Of a DNA stretch of 64,000 nt, positions 51,590 through 60,406 are shown in pieces. A program made the position numbers and the translations under genes. Source of the DNA: a virus (Duplodnaviria; Caudoviricetes); IMG/VR virus record IMGVR_UViG_3300046820_001270, positions 270,493 to 334,492 of that record; one strand, 5' to 3'. Below the pieces are notes generated by a model. The model was not told the DNA's origin, ran no database searches, and saw nothing but the letters and a program-made list of their open reading frames with translations. Positions within the stretch are counted from its first letter, which is position 1. Every line of letters starts with the position of its first letter.

Positions 51590-52360
51590 ATGGGTAATAA
51601 AGTTAATAGAGTTGATATGGATGGGTACAAACCTTCAAATACGTATAGTTGGATACCAATGGACACTAAAGAATTATTTGAAAAAAATTTAAAAGATAAT
51701 CCATTAGATGAATCTTTAAATTATTATTTACAAAACCCAATAAAATATGAATTAAATAATTATGGATTTAGAACTCCAGATGACTTTAATTCTGAAGATG
51801 AGGGGAATGTTTTTTTAGGATGTTCACATACATTTGGAATTGGTCATCACTTGGAAAATACATGGTCATACAAAGTAAACAAATATGTTGGTGGAAAATT
51901 TTGGAATTTAGGTATTGGAGGAACTGGTGTTATGACACATTATAGGTTATTAAAAGAATTATATGAAAAATTAAAAATAAAAAACATATTTCACTACGCA
52001 CCAATGTATTGTAGATACGAATTTTTATTTAATGATAAACCAGAATCGATTTATGTTGGGGACTTTTTACCTGAAGGAAATGTAGTTATAAAAAATAATA
52101 TACAAATGAAAATGGGTGATTTTATAATGGATTCTTTAATCAACAAAAGTCAAATGGAAATTACTTACAATACACATATTGATGCAATTAAATGGTTATC
52201 ACATGAAATAGGATGTGATTATTATGTAATTGACGAAATTGAATTAATAAATAATGACGGTTCATTAAGGGCGAGAGATTTGAGTCATCTTGATACTGCT
52301 TATCAAACAGTTTTAAGTGAAAAGTTCATAAAAATGTACAATGAAAAAAATAATTTATAA
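51590..52360 (+). CDS. SGNH/GDSL-hydrolase-like protein
   Basis: Block I FLGCSHTFG, block II WNLGIGGTG and block V RDLSH. Confidence 0.65.
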   Translation: MGNKVNRVDMDGYKPSNTYSWIPMDTKELFEKNLKDNPLDESLNYYLQNPIKYELNNYGFRTPDDFNSEDEGNVFLGCSHTFGIGHHLENTWSYKVNKYVGGKFWNLGIGGTGVMTHYRLLKELYEKLKIKNIFHYAPMYCRYEFLFNDKPESIYVGDFLPEGNVVIKNNIQMKMGDFIMDSLINKSQMEITYNTHIDAIKWLSHEIGCDYYVIDEIELINNDGSLRARDLSHLDTAYQTVLSEKFIKMYNEKNNL

Positions 52361-53230
52361 ATGAATTTAAAAGACATATCATTAGAAATTAATGATTTAT
52401 TAGAAAAAAGAAGAAAAGAATTAGAATTAACATTCATAGAAGAAGAACATATTTACTATATGAAAGATGTTGACGGAGAGATTAAAAAGAACTTTCCATC
52501 GGTATCTAAAATTGTAAAGAAATTTCATAAACCATTTGACGCTGATGGTATGGCACTTAAGATGTCAAAAGGAGATCCTGAAGGTCAAGCACAATTACTT
52601 GCTGAATGGAAACAAGCCGGTGATTTATCTACTAATATGGGTAGTCGTGTTCACTTTGAATTGGAATCTGAATTGATTGGTCGTTTTGATAACTACAAAG
52701 AAGTAAGACAACCAATATTCACAATTAACGAAGAACAACAACGTAAGAGTGATAACATGATTAAAGCGGGAAAAGAATTTCTCGATTTAATGTTAGAACG
52801 TGGTGGTGTATTGTTGGATACTGAAATCGTATTAGGTGACCCTACCGAACAATACACAGGACAACCAGATAAAGTATGGTTGATGCAAAACAAAGAGAAG
52901 GATGGATTTGGTTTTGTTATTACAGATTGGAAAACAAACCAACCTAAGAACTTTGAAGTTCATCATTACACAGGTAGATTATATCCACCATTCAACAACT
53001 ACCACGATAATGCATTAGGTCATTATTATTTACAATTACCATTGTATGGTCGATTGTTGCGTAAGATGTTGGAAGGAACAAAATACAATGACACTAAATT
53101 ATTGGGTAATGTTGTTGTCCTATTAAAAGATGATGCAACATTCGTTGAATACAGAGTCCCACATCAAATTAATAACGCAATCCTAAACATGGATTTATCA
53201 AAATACATTTCAAGATGGTCAAAAAAATAA
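52361..53230 (+). CDS. PD-(D/E)XK exonuclease (lambda-exo/Cas4-like superfamily)
   Basis: PSVSKIV, GSRVHFELE, GQPDKV, ITDWKT and YYLQLPLY. Confidence 0.85.
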   Translation: MNLKDISLEINDLLEKRRKELELTFIEEEHIYYMKDVDGEIKKNFPSVSKIVKKFHKPFDADGMALKMSKGDPEGQAQLLAEWKQAGDLSTNMGSRVHFELESELIGRFDNYKEVRQPIFTINEEQQRKSDNMIKAGKEFLDLMLERGGVLLDTEIVLGDPTEQYTGQPDKVWLMQNKEKDGFGFVITDWKTNQPKNFEVHHYTGRLYPPFNNYHDNALGHYYLQLPLYGRLLRKMLEGTKYNDTKLLGNVVVLLKDDATFVEYRVPHQINNAILNMDLSKYISRWSKK

Positions 53231-54033
53231 TTCATATTGCCGACTTACATATTCGCACAATTCAAATGCATGATTTGTATAAAGCACAATTTGAAAAATT
53301 ATTGAGTGAATTACGAGTCCATCATTGGAATTGGGTTGAAGAAGGATTAACTTGGGATAATGTAAGAATTGTTGTTGCCGGTGATATCGCACATCAAAAG
53401 ATTAATATATCAAATGAACAATTGATGTTAACGAGTTGGTTTATTAAAGAATTATCTCATTTAGGTAATGTGGTGATCATACCCGGCAATCATGATTTTT
53501 TAGAAAACAATACTCAAAGGTTAGATAGTATCAGTCCTGTCGTAGAATTATTGGACAACGATCAAATCCATTATTATAAAGATAGTGGTGATTATATTGA
53601 TGATAATATCCAATGGGTCGTTTATTCGTTGTATCAACACAATGCTCGTCCTGAATTTACGAAAGACGAATCAAAATTAACAGTTGGATTATTCCACGGA
53701 CCAATTATGGGGTTATCAACTGACTTAGGTTATGAGTTTGAAGATGCATATGACCAATTAAACTTTGTTGATTTGGATTTATTGTTATGTGGTGATATTC
53801 ACAAGAGACAACAATTCACATTACCAAATGGAGGTCATGCAATTATGGTTGGAAGTTTAATACAACAAAACTTTGGAGAGACAGTTAAACATCATGGGTA
53901 TGGAGTATACGATGTAGAATCTAATGAATATGAATTTCACGATTTAGAAAATGCACAACCGTTTCTACACTTTAGAATAAACGATATCAAAGACATAGAA
54001 AATGAAACCGAAGAGCACGTTAATCTTGGATAA
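53215..54033 (+). CDS. sbcD: SbcD/Mre11-like (gp47-like) nuclease, phosphoesterase domain only
   Basis: IIHIADLH, VAGDIAH, IPGNHD, FHG, GDIHKRQ and GSLIQQNFGE. Confidence 0.9.
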   Translation: MVKKIIHIADLHIRTIQMHDLYKAQFEKLLSELRVHHWNWVEEGLTWDNVRIVVAGDIAHQKINISNEQLMLTSWFIKELSHLGNVVIIPGNHDFLENNTQRLDSISPVVELLDNDQIHYYKDSGDYIDDNIQWVVYSLYQHNARPEFTKDESKLTVGLFHGPIMGLSTDLGYEFEDAYDQLNFVDLDLLLCGDIHKRQQFTLPNGGHAIMVGSLIQQNFGETVKHHGYGVYDVESNEYEFHDLENAQPFLHFRINDIKDIENETEEHVNLG

Positions 54034-54535
54034 TGAGTTTATTCAATATTGTGAATTAAACAAAATAATTAATGTAGATAAGTTAGCACAAGAAACCTTC
54101 AATAGAGGGTTTTCTTTGTTAAAGTATGGTGAGACACCAAATGGTAATAGAACTAAAGAAATAGTTGAAGTCACAAAAGAGGTAATAAAGGAAGTGATTG
54201 TTGAAGTTGAAAAGATAGTTGAAGTACCTATTGAAGTTATTAAAGAGGTTATTAAAGAAGTAAGAATAGAGGTACCAATAGAGGTCATTAGAGAGGTTGT
54301 AGTTGAAAAGAAGGGTAAGACTAAGACCGTTACAAAAGAAGTTATTAAAGAGGTTCCCGTTGAGAAAATTGTGGAAGTTATTAAAGAGATAACCAACAAC
54401 GAAGAGATTGAAAAGTTGATGAAGGAAAATGAGAAACTAAAAACAGATTTAGATAAGATAACATCGTCATTAGGTAATTTGGGTAAAGGTAGATACTTGA
54501 AAAACAGTGACTTAGGATCATTGTATGACGAATAA
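54002..54535 (+). CDS. Protein with Val/Glu/Lys/Pro (EKIVEVP-type) repeats and a C-terminal coiled coil
   Basis: KEVIKEVIVEVEKIVEVPIEVIKEVIKEVRIEVPIEVIREVVVEK...KEVPVEKIVEVIKE. Confidence 0.7.
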   Translation: MKPKSTLILDNEFIQYCELNKIINVDKLAQETFNRGFSLLKYGETPNGNRTKEIVEVTKEVIKEVIVEVEKIVEVPIEVIKEVIKEVRIEVPIEVIREVVVEKKGKTKTVTKEVIKEVPVEKIVEVIKEITNNEEIEKLMKENEKLKTDLDKITSSLGNLGKGRYLKNSDLGSLYDE

Positions 54536-54604
54536 ATTTCCGGCAACTTACTTTTTTTTACAAAATATTTTATCTATATTTTAATAATATAAATGATAAT
54601 ATAA

Positions 54605-55129
54605 ATGGCAAAAGTTTACAACGCCGGTGGATTCGATGATACACCATCGAGACTGGCAACAATCAAATTCCTAAAAGAAGTATTCAATTTAAATTTTGAA
54701 TTAGGTACTCGATACGGTATTGATACGGTATGTATTGATGATCCGACTTGGGGCGCTGAAGTTGAACAATCTAAATCATGGTCAGGTGATTTTTTCTCAT
54801 CACAAAATAAAGGACTCAATAATAAATCTGGTTTAGGATTTATGACAGTTAATATTCCTTGGTGGAGAAAGGCAAAGTATTGGGCACAAGATAATCCAGG
54901 TAAAGATAAGAACATGTATGTGAGAATGAATAAAGACGCCTCACAAGTGATCGTTATTGAAGCGCAGGCATTTCATAATCCTGAAATGTGTTTAGAATCA
55001 CATTTTAAAACAGGTTGGATTACAACTGGTGAAGTTGAGGAGTGGAGAAGTTTTAGAAGAGAACATGTTAGAGTTTTTAATTTAATAAACGGAGTTTACG
55101 TAGAAGATAAAATTGAAGTATTATGTTAG
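54605..55129 (+). CDS. Hypothetical protein, possibly PD-(D/E)XK fold
   Basis: 174 aa. YGIDTVCID...AEVEQ loosely resembles a D...E-x-E nuclease motif. It has its own promoter-like region. Confidence 0.55.
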   Translation: MAKVYNAGGFDDTPSRLATIKFLKEVFNLNFELGTRYGIDTVCIDDPTWGAEVEQSKSWSGDFFSSQNKGLNNKSGLGFMTVNIPWWRKAKYWAQDNPGKDKNMYVRMNKDASQVIVIEAQAFHNPEMCLESHFKTGWITTGEVEEWRSFRREHVRVFNLINGVYVEDKIEVLC

Positions 55130-55437
55130 GATTATTGTTTTTCGCGTTCGCAAGTTACGGAATGACTTGTATACTTGTATGGGGTTCATTGTTCAATTCC
55201 ACAAGAGAGTGGATAAAAAAACATTCTAAGTTTTTTGGGGATCTTTTTTCGTGCACCCTTTGCACCTCGACGTGGGTTGGCTTTTTTATGTCACTTGTTT
55301 TAGGTGGTTTAGCTAATCATTATTTTAATAATCTACCATGGTTTATATGTATGTTCATAGATGGTATGTTTTCCGCTGGTAGCGTTTGGCTAATTAATAG
55401 TCTGTCCGAATTTTTAGAAGAAAATCGTATTAAATAA
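55123..55437 (+). CDS. Small membrane protein with a CxxC motif (DUF1360-like)
   Basis: Three hydrophobic segments and DLFSCTLCTSTWVG. Confidence 0.65.
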   Translation: MLGLLFFAFASYGMTCILVWGSLFNSTREWIKKHSKFFGDLFSCTLCTSTWVGFFMSLVLGGLANHYFNNLPWFICMFIDGMFSAGSVWLINSLSEFLEENRIK

Positions 55438-55442
55438 AAATA

Positions 55443-56633
55443 ATGAAAATAAAAAAAACAATAATATATAGTGAAGAAAATCCAAAATCGGAAGATTTAG
55501 AAAAAATATTTAATCATTTAGGACTAACATATGATGAAAATATGATTATTAGAAAAACAGTTAAATCTAAAAATAATAGTTCTTTTGTTGACATTTTAAT
55601 TGATAAAAATGATGAAATATTTCTTTGTGAAATAACACAAACAAATGAAAAATCAAGTAGAAATGGAAATTACCAACGACCACAAAAGTTTGTTCAATCA
55701 AGTCATTATTATCCTAATTCAAAAAAAATGATTTATGTTAAAGGAGGATACATTGTTAAAACTGATTCATCAAAAATTGCGGCATCATTATATTATTTAA
55801 ATAATATAATATGTAATTATACTGAAGATAGTGAGAAATTTCCAACAACATTAAAAGATTTAATTGAATTACAAAATTCAGTAAGTGGACCAAGTCACAA
55901 CACACCAATAAAATTAAAATTAATTGATGGTATATTAAATATACAAATAAAGTTAGAAAAAGATCATAAATTATCATATGATCCAAACATTGGTTATTTA
56001 AGTAGTATTGCAACAATACCAAATAGCGGAATAAAAGAAGTAATAGTAACAAAACATGGATTAGATAAAAATATTGTTAAAAAACACAAAGGAAAATTAT
56101 ATAAAAACTTACAGTTAATGGGTATTAAGGCAACTTTTGTTTTTGATGATGAAAGTATTACTTGGGAAGTTGATCCAAATTTTAAAATGAAAGATAAATA
56201 TTATGTCGAAATTATTGACGGAGAGAAAGTAGCTATGATTAATTTTGAAAACGATTTTTTAAAAAATAAAAAACATATTGATATATTATTTAAAAATTAT
56301 GCGGGATGTGAAAGAGAAAAGTTTATTGATTTTAATGGAAATGAATATACAGTTCCCAAAAAAATTCAAATACCTGATCAAGTTTTATATAATAAAAATA
56401 AAAATATTTTACTATTTATTGAAGCGGAAAATATCGGAAACACACAAAACGGACTAAAACAATTAAACACATTTGATGAGTTTGAAAATTGGGTTAGAAA
56501 TGTATTAAAATTTGATAATGAAATTATAAGAGGAGTTATTACGGATTATTATAATACGCATTGTAATAATCAAAATTATTTAGGTAACTATCTCAATAAA
56601 AACGAATTTAAATTAAATGAAATCTTATATTAA
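55443..56633 (+). CDS. Putative restriction endonuclease
   Basis: FVDILID...LCEITQT...SSRNGNYQR and a second IPDQVL...FIEAEN PD-(D/E)XK-like motif. Overlaps the start of two tandem MTase genes. Confidence 0.5.
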   Translation: MKIKKTIIYSEENPKSEDLEKIFNHLGLTYDENMIIRKTVKSKNNSSFVDILIDKNDEIFLCEITQTNEKSSRNGNYQRPQKFVQSSHYYPNSKKMIYVKGGYIVKTDSSKIAASLYYLNNIICNYTEDSEKFPTTLKDLIELQNSVSGPSHNTPIKLKLIDGILNIQIKLEKDHKLSYDPNIGYLSSIATIPNSGIKEVIVTKHGLDKNIVKKHKGKLYKNLQLMGIKATFVFDDESITWEVDPNFKMKDKYYVEIIDGEKVAMINFENDFLKNKKHIDILFKNYAGCEREKFIDFNGNEYTVPKKIQIPDQVLYNKNKNILLFIEAENIGNTQNGLKQLNTFDEFENWVRNVLKFDNEIIRGVITDYYNTHCNNQNYLGNYLNKNEFKLNEILY

Positions 56634-57360
56634 AAATATAGACATGAGAGAAGGTATTAAAGAAATACCTGATAAATCAATTCAATTAATATTAGCCGAT
56701 TTACCATATGGACAAACAGAAATAGAGTGGGATATAAAAATTGACATGAATGACTTATGGAATGAATGGTGGAGAATATTAAAAGATAATGGAGTAATTG
56801 TATTATACGGAGTACAGCCATTCACATCTTATTTAGTTCAGTCACAAATTAATTTTTTTAAATATAGTTTGGTTTGGAAAAAAAGTAGGGTTGGTGGATT
56901 TGCACAAGCACCGTATAGAGTTTTAAATCAACACGAAGATTTATTAGTGTTCTCAAAGGCTGGAATGACAAAAAATTCAAGGAATAGAATTCTTTATAAT
57001 CCACAAGGAGTTGTTGAAGTTAATAAAACAATGAAAGGTAAGACTGAAAATGGGCTTAGAAAAGGGAGAAAGGCTCAAAGTGATTATGTACAAAAATATA
57101 CAAATTATCCTACATCGATACTTGAATATCCTAGTGACGGAAAACCCATTCACCCAACTCAAAAACCAATAGATTTAAATGAATTTTTAATAAAATCATA
57201 CACGAATGAAGAGGATTTTATTTTTGATCCTTGTTATGGTTCAGGGTCCGCAATAATTGCTGCTAAAAATATTAATAGGAAGTATATTGGATTTGAGTTA
57301 AATAACGAATATTATGAAAAAACAAAAAATATTATAAATGGAGAACATAACGTTATATAA
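56617..57360 (+). CDS. DNA methyltransferase, beta-class N6-adenine/N4-cytosine
   Basis: Motif IV ILADLPYG, HPTQKP and motif I FIFDPCYGSGS, in beta order. Confidence 0.9.
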   Translation: MKSYIKNIDMREGIKEIPDKSIQLILADLPYGQTEIEWDIKIDMNDLWNEWWRILKDNGVIVLYGVQPFTSYLVQSQINFFKYSLVWKKSRVGGFAQAPYRVLNQHEDLLVFSKAGMTKNSRNRILYNPQGVVEVNKTMKGKTENGLRKGRKAQSDYVQKYTNYPTSILEYPSDGKPIHPTQKPIDLNEFLIKSYTNEEDFIFDPCYGSGSAIIAAKNINRKYIGFELNNEYYEKTKNIINGEHNVI

Positions 57361-58036
57361 CGGTGATTTTTTAAATGAAATCAATAAAATAGAAGATGAA
57401 TCTGTTGATTTAATATTAACTGATATTCCCTATAATATAAGTCAGAAAAATAATTTAGGTGGATTCGATAAAAAAAATAATAGAAATCGTGTTGGGTTAG
57501 ATTTTGGGGAATGGGATTACAATTTTAAAGTTGAAAATTTAAGTATTTTACAACAAAAATTAAAAAAGGGAGGATCTATTGTTATTTTTAGTGCGTTTGA
57601 ACAATTAAGTGAAATTATAAATACATTTAGTGAATTAGATTTAAAAGATAAATTAATATGGGAAAAAACAAACCCATTTGTTAGAAATAGAGATAGAAGG
57701 TACATATCTAATATTGAATTTTGTTCTTGGTTTATTAAAAAAGGAAAATGGATTTATAATAGACAACATCAAACATATGAATCATCGGTATTAAAATATC
57801 CATCGGAAAGTGGAGGGGGATTTGTAAGGTATCACCCAACACAAAAAAATCTTAAAATGGTTGAATATCTTTTAAAAATTCATAGTAATGAAAAATCGTT
57901 AATTCTCGATCCATTTATGGGAGGAGGAACTGTAGGTGTTGCTTGTAAAAAATTAAAAAGAAATTTTGTAGGTATTGAAATTAGTGAAGAATATTATAAT
58001 AAAGCGAAGATTAGAATTGAAAATATTAATGAGTAA
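57338..58036 (+). CDS. Second DNA methyltransferase, beta-class N6-adenine/N4-cytosine
   Basis: Motif IV ILTDIPYN, HPTQKN and motif I ILDPFMGGGT. Confidence 0.9.
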   Translation: MENITLYNGDFLNEINKIEDESVDLILTDIPYNISQKNNLGGFDKKNNRNRVGLDFGEWDYNFKVENLSILQQKLKKGGSIVIFSAFEQLSEIINTFSELDLKDKLIWEKTNPFVRNRDRRYISNIEFCSWFIKKGKWIYNRQHQTYESSVLKYPSESGGGFVRYHPTQKNLKMVEYLLKIHSNEKSLILDPFMGGGTVGVACKKLKRNFVGIEISEEYYNKAKIRIENINE

Positions 58037-60365
58037 TCCATTTATAAAGGTAACATGGGAAGATGTCCCCGAGAATTTCACCCCTGAGAAAATCAGAAGA
58101 GTGAAATCTTATTTTGAGAAGAAATATAATGCAAAGACCGTTCAAGTAATTACTAAGACTTTAACTAATGTAAACCAAACACGTTTAGAATCATTAGAGG
58201 CATCTGATAACATCTTAGATCATCAATACCAAAAGAAATTGATGAAGGATTTTCTTTCCGATAATGAAATAATCATTAAGGAGGAGTTAATGGAAAGATT
58301 AGATAATAAAGTAAATTCCCAAATAGATAAATTAAATGAAAACAAAGTTAGATATAATAAATGGTATATTAGGAAAGTGGAGTTTTCTAATTTTCTATCA
58401 TTCGGAGATAATAACGTTATTGATTTTACTGGGTTGGACGGTATTACGGTAATTGAATCCACACCTAAGAACTTTGGTGGTAAGTCTACATCATCAGTAG
58501 ATCTTTTAATGTTCTTATTCTTCAACACAACAACTAAAACAAAAACTAACGGAGAAATCTTTAATAGATTTACCGATAAGAATGATGTAAGTGTTCGAGG
58601 TGAGATTACAATTGATGGAGATGATTATGTAATTGAGAGAAAAACATCTCGTAAGATGAGTAAGTCAGGTGAATATACTGTTAAGAATGATTTAGAATTT
58701 TTTAAGAAAGCCGAAGATGGATCTATTGTAAACTTATCAGGTGAACAAAGAAGAGAGACGGAAGCATTTATATCTTCAGCAATTGGAACACAAGAAGACT
58801 TCTTATCAACCATCTTAACAACTGGATATAACTTAGAAGAACTTATTGAATCTAAACCAACGGCTCGTGGACAGATTTTAACAAAGTTCATGGGTTTAGA
58901 AAGTCTTAAAGCAAAAGAAGAAATTGCTAAAGAGATGTATAATGATTGGTCTAAGAAATTAGTATCTAACACATATAACAAAGTTAGTTTAGAATCTGAT
59001 AATGAAACACATAAAGAAAGTATTACTAATTCTGAAAGTGAGATTGTTAAATTAACAAAAGAGTTAGGTAAATTTGAAAAAGAATTAACAAAGTTAGAAA
59101 AGAAAAGAGACGAAGTATTTTTAAAAAGAAACAACGACGTAGATAAGGAACTTATCAATACCAATCCAGTTTTATTACAAAGAGAAGTTACTTTTTTATT
59201 AACTCAAAAAAATGTAAGTCAAACAAACGCCAATGGAGTTAATGTAATCGAACCATCACAATTCTACGATGAAGACCAACACAAAGAGTTAAGAGGTGAA
59301 ATGGCAAACCTACAAGGAATTGATGTTGTATCCAAACATGAAAAGACCCAAAGAGAAAAACTAATTAAACAATTTGAAGAAGGAACAGTTTGTCCTACTT
59401 GTAATCGTGCGTTAGATGAAGTAGATCATACGGATGAAATTGAAAAGATTAAAAAAGAAATTGAAGACATCATTAAAGAAATGGAATTAAATCAAATACA
59501 GTTTGATTTATTAAAGGAACAATCTGAAGGGTTTGATAAATTAAAAACTGAATTTGAAAATTACGAAAGAAATAAACTTCGTAAAGAAAGATATGAATTA
59601 GAAGTAGAACAAAAACAATTGGAAATTGATAGTAAACAAAAAAGATTAGACAATTACGAAAGTAATAAAAAGAAACTTGAAGAGAACCAAAAGATTGATG
59701 CGGAAGTAATTGCACTTAAAACTAAAATAGAAACCGCTAACGGAGACATTAGACAAACAAATACGAACATTGAAAGACATACCAACAACATTACAAACAT
59801 GAATGAGAAGATTGGTATTAATGAAGAGTTAATTAAAAAGATTACAGCGGAAGAAGAATTATCCGCCGTGTTTAAAATATACTTAACTGTATATGGTAAA
59901 AACGGTATATCCAAGATTATTCTTAAAAATATGATTCCATTAATCAATCAGGAGTTGTATCGTTTGTTAGTTGATAGTTGTCATTTCATCTTAGAGATGA
60001 ATATAAACGATAAGAACGAGGTCGAATTTATTATGATAGATACTGAGACACGAATAGTTAAACCTCTTAATGCTGGTTCCGGTTACGAAAGAACAATATC
60101 CTCATTAGCACTTCGTAGTGTATTAACCAAGATATCATCATTACCTAAACCTAACATTGTAGTTATGGACGAGGTATTCGGTAAGATTGCAGACGAGAAC
60201 TTGGAAATGGTGGGTGAGTTCTTTAAAAAGATTAAAAACTATTTTGACCATATTCTTGTCATATCACATAATTCTTTAATACGTAATTGGTCGGATAACA
60301 TCATTATGATTAAAAAAGAGGAGAATGTATCGTCTGTGGATTTTATTACAACAAAAATTTCTTAG
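58029..60365 (+). CDS. sbcC: SbcC/Rad50-like (gp46-like) ATPase with an N-terminal extension
   Basis: FSNFLSFG, Walker A NFGGKST, zinc hook CPTC, signature GSGYE, Walker B VMDEVFG and H-loop ISH. The start is most likely ATG 58029 (MSNP). Confidence 0.9.
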   Translation: MSNPFIKVTWEDVPENFTPEKIRRVKSYFEKKYNAKTVQVITKTLTNVNQTRLESLEASDNILDHQYQKKLMKDFLSDNEIIIKEELMERLDNKVNSQIDKLNENKVRYNKWYIRKVEFSNFLSFGDNNVIDFTGLDGITVIESTPKNFGGKSTSSVDLLMFLFFNTTTKTKTNGEIFNRFTDKNDVSVRGEITIDGDDYVIERKTSRKMSKSGEYTVKNDLEFFKKAEDGSIVNLSGEQRRETEAFISSAIGTQEDFLSTILTTGYNLEELIESKPTARGQILTKFMGLESLKAKEEIAKEMYNDWSKKLVSNTYNKVSLESDNETHKESITNSESEIVKLTKELGKFEKELTKLEKKRDEVFLKRNNDVDKELINTNPVLLQREVTFLLTQKNVSQTNANGVNVIEPSQFYDEDQHKELRGEMANLQGIDVVSKHEKTQREKLIKQFEEGTVCPTCNRALDEVDHTDEIEKIKKEIEDIIKEMELNQIQFDLLKEQSEGFDKLKTEFENYERNKLRKERYELEVEQKQLEIDSKQKRLDNYESNKKKLEENQKIDAEVIALKTKIETANGDIRQTNTNIERHTNNITNMNEKIGINEELIKKITAEEELSAVFKIYLTVYGKNGISKIILKNMIPLINQELYRLLVDSCHFILEMNINDKNEVEFIMIDTETRIVKPLNAGSGYERTISSLALRSVLTKISSLPKPNIVVMDEVFGKIADENLEMVGEFFKKIKNYFDHILVISHNSLIRNWSDNIIMIKKEENVSSVDFITTKIS

Positions 60366-60381
60366 TTTCGAATATCTTAAT

Positions 60382-60389
60382 TATATTTG
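60382..60389 (+). promoter_or_regulatory. Bacteroidota-type -7 promoter element (TAnnTTTG) upstream of clpP
   Basis: TATATTTG lies 17 nt before the clpP ATG. Related TATATTT(T/A) sequences occur at 14642, 50532 and 54575. Confidence 0.55.
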
Positions 60390-60406
60390 TCCTATAAACT
60401 AAATTT

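Noticed and set aside
54043-54546. 167-aa minus-strand ORF (ITSFITS repeats), and other minus-strand ORFs such as 676-1062, 13262-13672 and 58625-59164
   Set aside because: These fully overlap well-supported plus-strand genes and mirror their codon bias.
57975-58028. N-terminal extension of SbcC from the ORF track
   Set aside because: It lies inside the MTase gene. ATG 58029, with an 8-nt overlap, fits the coupling seen elsewhere.
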